Source: Oopsacas minuta (lineage: Eukaryota; Animalia; Porifera). From it: a DNA stretch of 64,000 nucleotides. The notes beneath the pieces are model-generated. The model was not told where the DNA came from, did not search any database, and was given only the letters and a program-made list of their open reading frames with translations. Location of the stretch: the NCBI GenBank assembly GCA_024704765.1, contig JAKMXF010000330.1, positions 186,001 through 250,000 of the forward strand, in the 5' to 3' direction. The translations under genes and the position numbers were made by a program. Below, one piece after another: positions 48,601 through 60,987 of this stretch (position 1 is its first letter; each line of letters begins with the position of its first letter).

Positions 48601-51600
48601 CAACAATTCATAATAAACAATGATACGTGATTAGTGGAAATGGCTAGAGTCGTAGACCGAGAAATATCACATGGGAAAGGGATCGACTAACCAAATGAGG
48701 GAATTCAATTTGGGAAAAAGACTGGAAATAACAACATTAAATATGGTTCTATTAAGGAAACATAGGAAGAAATGATTGGACTTATCAAATTAGCTATATT
48801 CAGTTTGGTTAACCGAACCCTTTCTGCAGTACCATAACAAACAAACACACCTTTCTCCTAAGAAGAATGTTTCTTATAAAGAAGATCAATCTCATTTATG
48901 ATTTGAGAATTGATAAAACAATAAATACATCAACAATGAATGGGAATGCTGTGTAGTATAAATACACTATCCTCTTTGAGACATATAAATACATATGATT
49001 TCAGTAGTTAGTACTTGAGAGACTTCACGTGACAACAGTTTGGATATACTTACAACTCAAAGAGTTACTTCTCGTAATTACATATTTATTAGTAAATATG
49101 TAAGTACAAACATAAAAGTGGATGATGCGATTAATCCACATCAGATTAATCGCAATTTAATGATTTGTATAATTAACCGAACTTGGACAGTTTTCTACTG
49201 ACAGTAACTTAACTAATAAGAACCGAAAAAGTATACATACACGTATCAGGTTTCCTCGCAGTAGTAAAATATAAAACCTAAGATGTTTTCCCTTAAGGGT
49301 TTGGAATTTGTACTACGAGAAAAACTTGTATAGCTGTAATCACCTCTTTTAGATGACATACTTGCTGCTTAACAACACAGAGTGGATAAGGAATGTAGCA
49401 TCTGATTCCGATTCATTTTCTCAAGTAGTATATGTAGTATATTGTATTACATTTAGTTGAAAAAATCTAACTTTTCAAACTTGGAATGTTATACTTGTAT
49501 ATTATTGCTGATTAATGAATTATATAGTAATGTCAATGTCAAGTTTCGGGGAGAAGGAACTAAAGAAGTTCGGATGGAGAGAAGGGAAAGGCTTGGGAGC
49601 AGCAGAAGATGGAATAAAAGAGCCGATTAGAGTAACAGTAAAAGGAGATACAAAGGGGGTGGGGTACCACCAGACGGAGTGTTCTTTAGAGTTTGATAAC
49701 GAATGGTGGAAACTAGCATACAATACTTCAGCAGAATCTGTCGTGGTCGATAATAAAGAAGATAACGTGATTATAGACAAGAAAAAACCTAGAGTAGTGA
49801 GAAAAGGGGAAATAGAAAAAGGAGCAACTAATTTTGTAGCAGAGGGAGAATCTGCTGTGAGAGACAGAGATCTAGATACGAGAAAAGAAACAGAAAGAGC
49901 GAAACAAGAATCTCAATTAATTTCATTGTATAGGAAGAATGAAGCAAGCAAACAATATAGCTCTCCATCTGGGAAACAGAAACGAATAGCACAACAAGAA
50001 GCTAGACTGGAGAAGAAGAGTAGAAGTGTACATAATTCTAGTGTAGAGATAAATTGAAAAGTATTTAGAATTCAAAATATTATGTACTTCTAACAAATAT
50101 TCAACATAAGAATAACCAATTAACTAATTTTTTTGCAGATTACCCCCTGGCGCTTATTCAGAGAAAGAGCTATCTAATTTACTCATCATGGCCTTATTAG
50201 CTCTACGGGTACCTCACTGTTTAGATAAATATAAAATGAAATCAGGAAATATTTGTTCGGGGGAGGACATGACATGGTAACTCGAGTAATAGAATCTTGT
50301 TTTATCAGTAAATAAATATAACGGGGTGCCTGCATTAGGTCGAATTACGGTGTTGGCATTAGGTCGAATTCCGTGTGTTGGCATTAGGTCGAATTTACAA
50401 TGTATGCATTAGGTCGAAATCAGTGTGTTGGCATTAGGTCGAATTCTATATGTATGCATTAGGTCGAATTTCGTGTGTTGGCAATAAGTCGAAATCTATT
50501 CTAGCGAGGTTGTGGATAGAGCGAATGTATATTAGCTATGAATATCTCTTTTTCAAGGCAAATTCATATTTCAAAAAACACTGAATGCTTCCTTAAATAT
50601 CTAAAAACCTGCACAAATGTTTTACAAGCAAAAAATCCAGCGATCCGCCATTTTGCAAACTTTTCTAATAATTAATCCAACAAAAGTCCATCCAAACACA
50701 AAATTAGCATGGACTCCACATCCCCGCCCCTAGGTAGCTTAATAACGAGTATAAATGAAATCTCCCAGACCGATAAGGTAGTGAACAAAATCCCTAATCC
50801 CCTCCCAATGGTACGGGTTTATAATTAATACAATAAAATGTCCTACAACGTCCTCGTTTCTATAAATCCATTTTCTATATCGATCTATCGACAACATAGC
50901 TAAAATAAATTCGATCTATCACAACGTCTTAATTAGACCTAATGCCAACACACGGAATTCGACCTAATGCAAACATATAAAATTCGACCTAATGCCAACA
51001 CACGAAATTCGACCTAATGCATACATATAAAATTCGACCTAATGCATACATATTAAATTCGATACATTGCAAATTCGACCTAATGCCAACACACGGAATT
51101 CCACCTAATGCCAACACCGAAATTCGACCTAATGCAGCGCCCCCAATATAACTAATTAGTATATTTGTGATCTACCGTTGATATTGCATTACTTTCTAAT
51201 TTTAACTCGGTCTGCTATCTAATAATTCTAATGAAATAATGATAGAGTAAAACAAGCAAAATTCAAACATTAAAGCAAATTATTCGAAACAATTCTTGGA
51301 GTGGAAGCGAGTTAAATCAGACAGTAAAACGAGTTAAAATCAAACGGTTATGCGAATTAAAATCAGAACGTAAAGCGAATTGAAATCAGACTGTAATACA
51401 ATATCCATGGTACAACTGTACTATCGAGTTAAAATCAGACACTACAGACCTCTTTAATCTGACACTGTTTCTGATCTGAAATAGCTTCCGACAATACAAA
51501 TCCACCTGCATTGTATAATCTGACAATTTGCTAAACCGACAAAATTTTCATCTCTCAACGTGTGTCGGTTTATGCAGGTTCCACTATATATTCAAATTCC

Positions 51601-54600
51601 CTCAAGTACCTCTCTGCCAATTTTCATGTTAGTACACGATATGCACATACTTGGCGCGGCGCTTATCCGCTGTACAATTCAACGTTATAATTGCTTTATT
51701 GCTGTCAGAAACCAAATAGCTGATTATGTAAAAATCCTTAATTCCCAAGTCTTGGTTTCTAACACATATGAGATATTATTTTTCAAAATTCCAGGTTAGA
51801 AGTAGCTAGCTTCTTGGCGGACATTGATCACTATTTCCATAAAATTGACGCGAATTACTCAAATACACGTCTTGATAACGTTAATTCCATGACCTTAATT
51901 TCCAGCACAGTCATACGATGGATATGCAAACTTCCAAGCTAACTACATATGTATTTCTGATGTGCAACTGGGTTGAGAGGACACCATATCTATCAAGTAG
52001 ATTGGAAGCCTATTTTCGGATATTTTTATCCACTTAAGTATTAGAAATACTTTGCGACGATTCGTGTTAATTTCATGGAGCGGATAATTCCACTTTCGCA
52101 AATATAAAGTTATTGTATTGATTTCATTATACAATGAAAACACAAAATTAACCAAATAGATTCTACGTGTATCTATTAATAGTATGAGTTAAGTCGAACG
52201 TGTTTTAATTAAAGTGCTAAAAGTAGAAAAATCCAAAATTTCTAGAATTTCTAGCCCCAATATGGTAAAAAATCTCCTCACATGTACGTATTAAAATCTG
52301 CCTTAGTAAGGTAAACATGTACATAATTAGTAATATTATTAATCCTCACTTCATATATTTCTTGTTCTCCCTCGCTAGGCTCATCACTCAGCAAATCCGC
52401 GAATAGAGAATGTGCAGGATTCAGCTTTACCAGAGGAGCACTCTTCTTAGTGTACAGATTAGCTAAGTTATCGTAGCTGTTGTGACTGGAGCTATCTACA
52501 GATGCCTCGTCAAACTCGCTCTCACTAGTGTTTAAGTCAGGAAATTGCTGTAAGGCACCGCCCATAACACTACAATAAATTCATATTAATGCGAACATAT
52601 TTTTGTCTCTTGTTAAATTTAGAAGTTTGAATTTTCGTTGAATCGAATGTTGAATGCTGTAAATTCAATTACATAGGAAATATATTAAATAAGCTTATTC
52701 ATTTACGTAATTAAATTCAAACACCGAAATAACGTGTAAATTAACCGATTTGGACAGAGAGTTTACCAGTTACAGTATTAATATAATGATTGTTTATTTC
52801 CGATAATAAGGTAGCTAAACATGTCCAGCCAACAGACTGATAGTGTGGCTTAGGATTATGTATTTTTTGTTCTTTTCAGGGGGGCACCTCCCCCCTACCC
52901 GTGTAAATGCCGCAATACACCATACCCTGAATGATTTTGTGATCCTGGATCTGATAAATATTTCAGGATATTCAATATTATTTATCCCATACTATACTTC
53001 ATGTTCTATCCTCAAATCTTATGGAAATAATTCTAAATAATTATTCTGCAATTACTACATGTCTAACCTATGAAACAAAATCTCTAGCATGTTTTTGAAT
53101 AATATGCAAAAAGGTGTGAAATATGATTAATCATATGAAAAATCTGTGAATTTCTAACTTTCAGACTCTCAAAATCGGACTCTACGCACCCAATTACCCC
53201 TGACAACATATTGAAACCTATTTATTAGCTTGCTTTTGTATTGTATATAGAAAGGTGTGAAAATATGATTAATCACCAAAAGGGTGAAATTTTCATTTTA
53301 GAAAAAATTCATACCCGAGGAGGGGAGGTGCAAATCTCCGACCCAAAATGTATATGTGTACCAATATTCATGTGAATCGGACTGCTAGATTTCGCACGAC
53401 CGCGCGGACGGACAGAGGTACGTCGCACATCATCCATGCCATTAGGGTTGCACTAAAAATTTATACTCAGAAATCAGAATTCGTAAATAGAGGATAGGTT
53501 ACCTAATGTCGTAGTCGTGTCTATCCCTCTCTTGTCTTGCAAAATAGTCATCTGAAGACGTACTGTCTCTCTTCCTGTTAGAATGGTGCTGGGTGAAATC
53601 AGATGGTAGGGACTGGAACTCTTCTTGAGAGGGGTTAAACTTAGCACTGGGGGTCTGGTAGTAATATATACCATTGCCATGTAGACTGACAGGAAGATTA
53701 TTATTGGGTTTCCTGATTACTGAGAGAGGAGCATGTGTGACGTCATCATCATAATGAATATTTGTATCAGCTAACCCTCTCACCTTCCTTGTGTACATGA
53801 TTGCGTCATTAGAGTATTGGTTTTGTTGTGCCTTTGAAGTAGGAGGGTCTCTAGTGTTAAGTTCCTGGTAAGGAGCAGAATATGAAGAGTTATTTGAAGA
53901 TGATCCTGAAGGAGTATTTGACATATTCGGGAACATAGCTTGGGAAGGTTTAACCTAGAAATAATTTGAATAAAAATATACTAATGTTCCTATTGTTATT
54001 AGGACATTACTGATTCATTATCGTGTGATCAGTGATTACTCGATCACCATCGCGACATATTTCTAACGATTTGAAACCTGCGATATTTAACAAATATTCG
54101 AATGTAAGATCGCGATGATAATTCCGATCATTTTTACACTTTTAGCAAGCATAGATCTATAGATAAATAATATACGTACTGATTAATTTATCAACCATTA
54201 GAAATACTGATAGTGGGATTGTTTGTGTGTAAATGGTGGGATTCGTTTCCAACTTTTCAATCGACAACAATTGAATGAGTAAGCATAATGAGTTCAAAAA
54301 TCATCCAACTGATTGTCTTTTTGAAGATTAGAGACATAATGTTCGATCAATTTCTGGGGTCGAGATCGCGATCCTATAACATACTTGCCAACCTTTCGAG
54401 ATCCCTGGTCTATCCCGGGATTTGACATGATATCCAGTAAAATTACTAAATCCCCCAGAGGAAATATTAGATATTTCTCGCAATTTTCTGCAAAAATAGT
54501 GAAAAATTCACATAATTTACATCTAAGATTATAAATCCAGGGAAATAGTTAGAAAGGATTAGTAGGTATGCCATAATTGGAGATCGACTAATGCCCTAAT

Positions 54601-56398
54601 TGTTACAGCATAATAATATAGAAACTCACAATAAAGCTGGAACTGCGCTGAAAAGCATTCGAATCATCTAAAGAGAATAAAATGTCTGATAATAATAGAA
54701 ATGCATGCCTTATAGTTTTGAATTAAACCACTAACCTACGCCCTCCATACGAAATCCAGTAGTGTGTGTGGACAAACCATTGTGATAACTTCGCGTGTTC
54801 TTTCTATTTCCAACTCCAAGCTTTACTTTATGACATATGTGATCTATTGTAATATTAGTTGGATGTTAAATAAACGTAAATATGCTAGGGCGGTGGCTGA
54901 CTGCCAGGGGGAAAAAAAAATGTGCAGGATTAGGACCAGTACCTCAAAAGCCATTATATTGGAAAGATTATTGAGTGAATACATTTAGTTGTGGGAATTT
55001 GGTGCATGTTTACAAAATTCTACTCAATATCCTGTCAATAAGGGAAGTGCTCATTGAAAATTTGAACTAATTTCATTATTTCCATATTCTAGAATAAACC
55101 GGGTATTATTGATTTGTTGGGGTTATGTGATGGTTTATTGCATAAAAATAATCGAAGAGTATCACAAGCGCCAAGTTTTTGTGAAATTTACATAGAGGTT
55201 GCAGCAATTGTGCTACTGAACTGGTTTATTCTTCCCTCGGAAGCTAGACATAAATGTAAATACAAATTTCGCTTAAATATTCCGCTCAAACATGTGTTTC
55301 AATATAAAAATGAATGAAATGCCTGAATAACTACTAATATTAACATATACAGTAGTTATCGCTTATAAGAACGACTTTGAGAGTTGCAAAATATGTTCTT
55401 ATGACCGGTAGAAGTATACAAGAGAAGAGTATATTAGAACCGTTCTTCAGGGGATAGTTCTTATAGTGCATATGCTCATATAGGCGATACCATTGTAATA
55501 TACTAAAGTATACAATTGATTAACCTGAAATCAATTGTTGTATTCTGCTACGACACAGAGAAGCTGCTAAACTCTGTATAGCCTCTAACACAGTCTGTCC
55601 AAGTGAATTAGTTAAATACACATCAATATCTAGAAGAGTAATTATATTGCATCATTAATAGTTAAATAAATCAGAGATCCTATATTTCAAATACCACAAG
55701 GTTCCTATTTTAGAGTATGGTGACCATTTGAGTGAGGGAGGGTGGTGTATCGCCTTGGTTTTACCGGTAAATAGTACGTATATCAACAGTCACCCAGTTT
55801 GTATATAACTTAGTAAGTAATTAAATATAGAGACACAGTCTCCATATACTATCTAACAACGTAACCAGTCTAATTAAATATTTACATAAAAGATAGTTCT
55901 TATACAAATAACCTGGTGGTTAGTTTCTTGGAAATTAATCTGATTAGTAGGAATTTTACTCAAATATATCTTCAGCATAAATACAAAAAGTGCAAAGACG
56001 ACACAAGCTCAAACCTCAATCCAGTTAATTAGGAAATTTCCTTGGGGATATTACCGTTTTAGAGATTCATTATCATATATTATTATTGGTTTAAGACTAT
56101 TAAAACTTACTTCTATCTAGAACATAAGCTACAGTCTCAATCCTTCCATGTAAGGCAGCTTCATGGAGGCAAGATCCTGTATTACACTAAGGTATACAAA
56201 TAGCTTAAAAGGATACAATTAACAATATACGTAATATAGAATATAATGTCTTACTGTTGTGTTGATGCTGAGCCCTTTGTCTATAAGGAGTTGTAGGATA
56301 GAGTTATGCCCATTTCTTGCTGCGAAGTGTAGACAAGTATGTTTAGTAGAGTGAGGGGTATTCAATATCCCGGAGACTTTTCTCAACAACAAATTTAC
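36681..56398 (-). CDS. ANKS1: ANKS1/Odin-like adaptor (ankyrin repeats - SAM - SAM - PTB), at least 14 exons, ~1486 aa visible, 5' end not found
   Basis: Exons 56398-56255, 56186-56111, 55629-55525, 54843-54740, 53954-53503, 52569-52350, 48075-47343, 45937-45313, 43414-42148, 40946-40659, 39883-39812, 39310-39224, 37035-36898, 36830-36681 (last end uncertain); all GT-AG with matching phases. HTCLHFAARNGH and GSCLHEAALHG (ANK), NGFDDIGFL and SISQWLIQIGL..LGYRRRILYSL (SAMs), NIPSITLSIS, EDLRMFAFISRD and TLGQAFEV (PTB). Confidence 0.85.
37458..37604. mobile_element. hAT-like MITE in ANKS1 intron
   Basis: TAGGGCGTAACT / AGTTACGCCTCCCC termini; 8-bp flanks AACATAAC / AACATAAT. Confidence 0.6.
41577..41974. 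mobile_element. Non-autonomous hAT element in ANKS1 intron
   Basis: TIR CAGGGTTGG / CCAACCCTG with perfect 8-bp TSD ATTTTAAT; internal TTAACCC/GGGTTAA subterminal motifs. Confidence 0.85.
49530..50057 (+). CDS. GPATCH4: G-patch domain-containing protein 4 (short form), intronless, nested antisense in an ANKS1 intron
   Basis: FGEKELKKFGWREGKGLG..GIKEPIRVTVKGDTKGVG..EFDNEWW matches the GPATCH4 N-terminus; ORF track start 49515, more likely ATG 49530 just after a TAG acceptor. Confidence 0.8.
   Translation: MSMSSFGEKELKKFGWREGKGLGAAEDGIKEPIRVTVKGDTKGVGYHQTECSLEFDNEWWKLAYNTSAESVVVDNKEDNVIIDKKKPRVVRKGEIEKGATNFVAEGESAVRDRDLDTRKETERAKQESQLISLYRKNEASKQYSSPSGKQKRIAQQEARLEKKSRSVHNSSVEIN
50323..51144. 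mobile_element. Foldback-like non-autonomous DNA transposon with arrays of 25-bp repeats in both TIRs
   Basis: Termini GGGGTGCCTGCATTAGGTCGAA / TTCGACCTAATGCAGCGCCCC; perfect 8-bp TSD AATATAAC; ~7 left and ~8-9 right units of GCATTAGGTCGAA in inverted orientation. Confidence 0.85.
51308..51443. repeat. Degenerate short tandem repeat (CGAGTTAAAATCAGAC-like)
   Basis: About five imperfect copies, mostly at ~21-22 bp spacing. Confidence 0.6.
54000..54598. mobile_element. Non-autonomous hAT element, same family as 34330-35113
   Basis: TAGGACATTACTGAT / GATCGACTAATGCCCTA termini; 8-bp TSD ATTGTTAT/ATTGTTAC (7/8). Confidence 0.7.
55350..55495. mobile_element. Tc1/mariner-type MITE
   Basis: TA|CAGTAGTTATCGCTTATA ... 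TATAGGCGATACCATTG|TA imperfect TIRs. Confidence 0.55.
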
Positions 56399-58076
56399 CT
56401 AAAAAATAACATAAACTCTGGAAAAATATGTTTTTAGATGAATTAGACAAAATAGAATGGTCATATGACGAATGTGGCCATTGTATTAGTAACGTTAGTT
56501 CTCTAATCAGATATTAATCAGCAATAATTACCATACGTAGGAGGACTGGAGTATTAAATTGAGTCATAGTGTAATTAGTTTATGCACTATTTACACTAAT
56601 TAATCTTACATTTTTTGGTGAGATTATATTACGATGTATAATTAACTGATTATGACCGAAGTTTTACGTTCGTAATGAAAAGGACCATTTTGTTTTAACC
56701 ATTTCCCGCACCAAAGACGAGATTTTAGCACATTTTGACGTCAATATTTCCCTGCAGTATTCGTTAACAGAATTCATAAAATTCGGATATCAATACAGGA
56801 ATGGACATCTGGTAGTAACTCAATATATCAGTGCCGTAGGTCACATATTATCAGAAACAAAGAAATATTTATGGGTAGAATTAAAGCCATGCAATCAATA
56901 AAGGAGAAGTAATAAAATACATTTGTTTTTAACAATATTGGGACTTGTTTGAATTCTGTCAAATAACGTGCTCATTAACGTGTCGTTGTCTACGCAATAA
57001 AGACTCTTAAAATAATATCGTGTGAGGAATTTAATTAGTTAAATTTGAGTATCTTTTCAAGAAAAACATCTCCTCCCTTCAATTGTAGCCCAGGAATACT
57101 TGCAAGACAAGTTCAAAATAGAACACTTTCATTGTGGAAATGATAATATTAATTCATTAAACTTTACATAATGCAATATCAAATTTTAATATTTCTAATT
57201 CCATCCTGAGATAAGGGCGGATCGGGGCAAGGATCAAGTATCCTTTTTGAAATATTACAATTCCTGAAGCTGTACGTATCCACAGATTCAGTATGTGTTA
57301 CACAATTAGTGTTTTCCAGGTGCACTGGTGCATTGTACTGAAATCGTTGAAGGTTATACCAAATCCACTATGGAAGGTGAAAATGCTAATTATACGTATT
57401 ACGTGCAGGGCTGGTTTTAACCTGACCACATTTGTTCTATTAGTGCTGTTTCTATGGTGAGTGAGATTCCAACCGGACACTTTCATAGGTCAGCAACGGT
57501 TTAACCGGGCCTGATTACATGGTTCATAATTGTTCGTTATTGAGGAGGCTCGAAAATATGTTAGGCTGTAGTTCATTGGATAATTTGGGGAGTACTTAGA
57601 CCAATGCATTCGCAATAGGAAACAGGTGAAGTATGAGGTAGGGATTGAATTTGCTAAAACTTTGTAGATATACCATTTAGATCCTCTATTTAGTTTAAGT
57701 ATATCCTTGAAATAGGGGGATGGGACACAAGTATATCTGGGGCCGTATGGCGCAGGCTATACCTCCATTAAGTACATATAACTGCATAATCATCATATGT
57801 AACTATCTAGGGTAGGTCTAGGTGGACACGAGATCGTTGAACCTAAATACGCTAGTGAATCAAATATGATAGTAATTACTATTATTAGCTTCGCTTACTC
57901 CCATTATTCTCCCTTAATAGATTTACCAGTATTGCTTTTTAATTTACAATTCACCGATAGAATATTCAATAAGCACACACATACTATAATTATGGTTAGA
58001 TATTGTAAATACTAGAAACTAGGACGATACAGAATAAAAGTAGATGCAGTTCATTGCAAGTTCTACACTAAGGAGG

Positions 58077-58406
58077 CTACTCTCTGGCCATGCTGGAGCC
58101 TGAAGGATCCACTTCCCTTGCTTGTTGTATCAAGGCACAGACACCACAGAACCAAACCAACAGTAGGGAGACAATAGCCGATTCATCGATGCCCTTCTGT
58201 TCTACTGTGACACGTCTGGTGTTGCACAGGCAGTAGAGACCGAGGAGAGGCACAAACAAAGCAAGACAGTACTTGATCTTGCTGTCGTCTCCATGTACCT
58301 TGACTGCGGTGTTCATGAAGGTAATGCAAGGGCAGAAATATGTAATGATGCAGAGCTTGAAGTCACTGAAGCATCCGCAAAGTCCGTTCGACCAGGATCC
58401 AGACAT
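58077..58406 (-). CDS. PLAC8/cornifelin-family cysteine-rich membrane protein; intronless
   Basis: WSNGLCGCFSD..C..TYFCPC and C..CALIQQAREV signature motifs, 109 aa. Confidence 0.9.
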   Translation of the reverse strand: MSGSWSNGLCGCFSDFKLCIITYFCPCITFMNTAVKVHGDDSKIKYCLALFVPLLGLYCLCNTRRVTVEQKGIDESAIVSLLLVWFCGVCALIQQAREVDPSGSSMARE

Positions 58407-60987
58407 GATAGATTATTGAAGAAAGTTGGAGAGTAGAAAGTTAGTAGAGAAAATCGAACTGAGATCGAAAGTAATGAATAGAGCAAGCGATATCGATATT
58501 TATATATCAGATTCTGAGCGCCTATTGTTTTAGTCTATGGTAAGATTCTATTCAAAACAAGCATGTGGGTAGAATATCAACTTTATATCCAGACTTAGAA
58601 ACCACCCCAGAACAAGCATGAATCCATAAATGGAAGAAGAATGCAATTAGTTTCAATATATAAAATAGCGCTTGCCCACACAAGGCGATCAATTGAACAA
58701 GTCATAAATCCTTAGAATGCAGTCAATAGAATTCATTACAATGGGAACACAATTATTCACTTGGTATGCGAGGGATATAAAATGCTCAACAAAAAAATTA
58801 CGTAGATTGAATTGACAAAATAATTCTGCTAAAGAAAGTTCCTCCTAAAATACAAAATTTTATTGTAATTCCTTAGTAAATTTGAGTCCTTGGGGAGTTG
58901 GACTGATTTACTTACCGCCAAGTTTTAGGAAACAAAATCAAACCTAATTTTAAATTTCGTGTAGGGCTCTAAGTTAAATCCCTGGATGGTTGACAGGATC
59001 AGGAGAGTCACCATGCGAAATTACTGCTACCTCTGTGTAAATTTTCAAAAAATAAGGTCTCCACCACTAAACCCAGACTCCAGACCCCCCGATTCCCAAA
59101 CTTGGCGCCTATGAACCCACCCCTTGCAATATAGTAGTTCTCCATATTGAAATAAGTTAGACCCAGTCCATCTGGTAGTTTTACATTATACAATCATCCG
59201 ATTTGGTAATTATTATAATAATCTAGGATGCAAATCTAATGCTATTCTGGAAGAAGGAAAAACTAGCGTAATTGGAGCATGCTCCGTTTCAGTTTGGTGA
59301 CATGGAGCGCGGACAAATTCAAACTCTTTTTCTCTCGGTTCGCTCGATCGTTAAATATCACTGACTAATATCTGAAGACCCTGGATTTGTCGGTTCTCAA
59401 AACGATATTACATCGTTTTCTACAATGCAATTTTTCTTTACTGTATAAAAATTTAAAATATTTTGAGATCAAGGAACATAATTTCTTACTCAAGCAGGTG
59501 ACAAAGGATTCCAGCCTAATTAACTATGTGAATTGGTAAAACAATATTGTGTGTAGTCTGCCATGTAATATAATCTCATAACAATCCAGTGCCGAAACTA
59601 ACCAGGTTCGATTTGTATTTTAGAGAGGAGTAATTGTGAATATCTAGTCATTGTCTATAAAATAATTAATTGCTCTCTAATAAAATGCATTGTTGTGTCT
59701 TGTAAGTAGTTTTCTGATATTTTACGAGTACAGTAATAAAGTACGTAGTAATACAATCTTGAATTAGTTGGTGATAAGACGACCATTACTATTTCGTCTT
59801 TCTCAAGTTATCAGATAACATAATGCTTTTATATAGCAGATGTAAGAAAAAGGTTCACTGATTAGTACTACCACACAGCGCCTGCCTTTCTGGCACAAAT
59901 AAATACATTTCTTTGGCTCAGTTTTGTCTTGTATCGAGAAATATTCATAGGTTCATTAAATTTGTACAAGTCGTATTACTCGTTTTAGAAATTGAGGAAC
60001 TAAGTACTTGTATTACTTCCTGAAATATGATTATAAGAAATTAACTGAATTTCATAATATTGGAAATTGATAGAATTAGAAACAAAAGATAGCCGTCAAT
60101 TTGAACATACTAAGAACCATCACAAGAATTTGAGCCATGGAAGTTAAAGGTAGAATGTATAAACAAAAACCTAAAGAATACAACGTAAACGCTAATTATT
60201 GACATGCATTTGGTAATAAATACTCAGATGGTATTAAGAAAGACAGCTGCAATCAACTCTCAATAATTACCCAGCAGGGTTGCTGCGGGAAGTATTCCCA
60301 TTTCCCATTCCCATTCTATCTCCATATGATTTCTGAAATTCCAAGGATTTTACACATAACGATAAGGAATTATCATAATTTCACCTTCTTAACTATATTA
60401 TTCCTCAAATCGTACGCCAAGAGCATCCCGCTCCCCTGGTGAAACCTTGCTCAGGTACTTACAGTCGAGCCTTTTTAATTGAAAAATGGTCCTATTAAGC
60501 GCATGGGCGTGGACCCCGGGATGGGGATATAATATATAGCCACCAGTTTTGAGGAATTGGAGATGATGGAATTAACCATTGTTGATTTGTTATCCCTACA
60601 AATTACCAAATATTAAGATTCATCACGTTTCTTAATTCACACCTATGATTCTCTATTCTATATGAAGAGAGGGTTCAAAATTCATCAAATTTCCCAGAAA
60701 GGATAATTGTCAGAGTTTTAGATATCAGAAATTATTCTTCATTAAGATGCCCTTACTGATAACTAACAAAGGTTAAAACTGGTCGAGGTTGAAAACAGTA
60801 TTCATGAATAGCAGTCTTAACGAATACTGATAATATTTGGTGTTGATCAACCGTATCAGACAAGGACATTCAGTTGAAAACTTGTAATTAAGATACCTTA
60901 GTTTTTAATTAATTAAATTAATACTCATATCAAACAAAAAGTAAAATACAAACAAATTAAATATGATCAAAACTAATAAATAACTCA

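Noticed and set aside
50331-50495. CRISPR-like repeat/spacer array
   Set aside because: Spacers are only ~10 nt and recur; a mirror array and an 8-bp TSD show these are transposon subterminal repeats; eukaryotic context with no cas genes.
53499-53936. Standalone 145-aa gene starting MFPNMS (and standalone calls for 52278-52565, 47314-48048, 45309-45911, 42115-43263)
   Set aside because: Each is bounded by splice sites that join in phase into the single ANKS1-like gene.
57330-57463. Plus-strand segment bounded by TTTTCCAG| and |GTGAGT resembling an exon
   Set aside because: No partner exons or recognisable protein in any frame.
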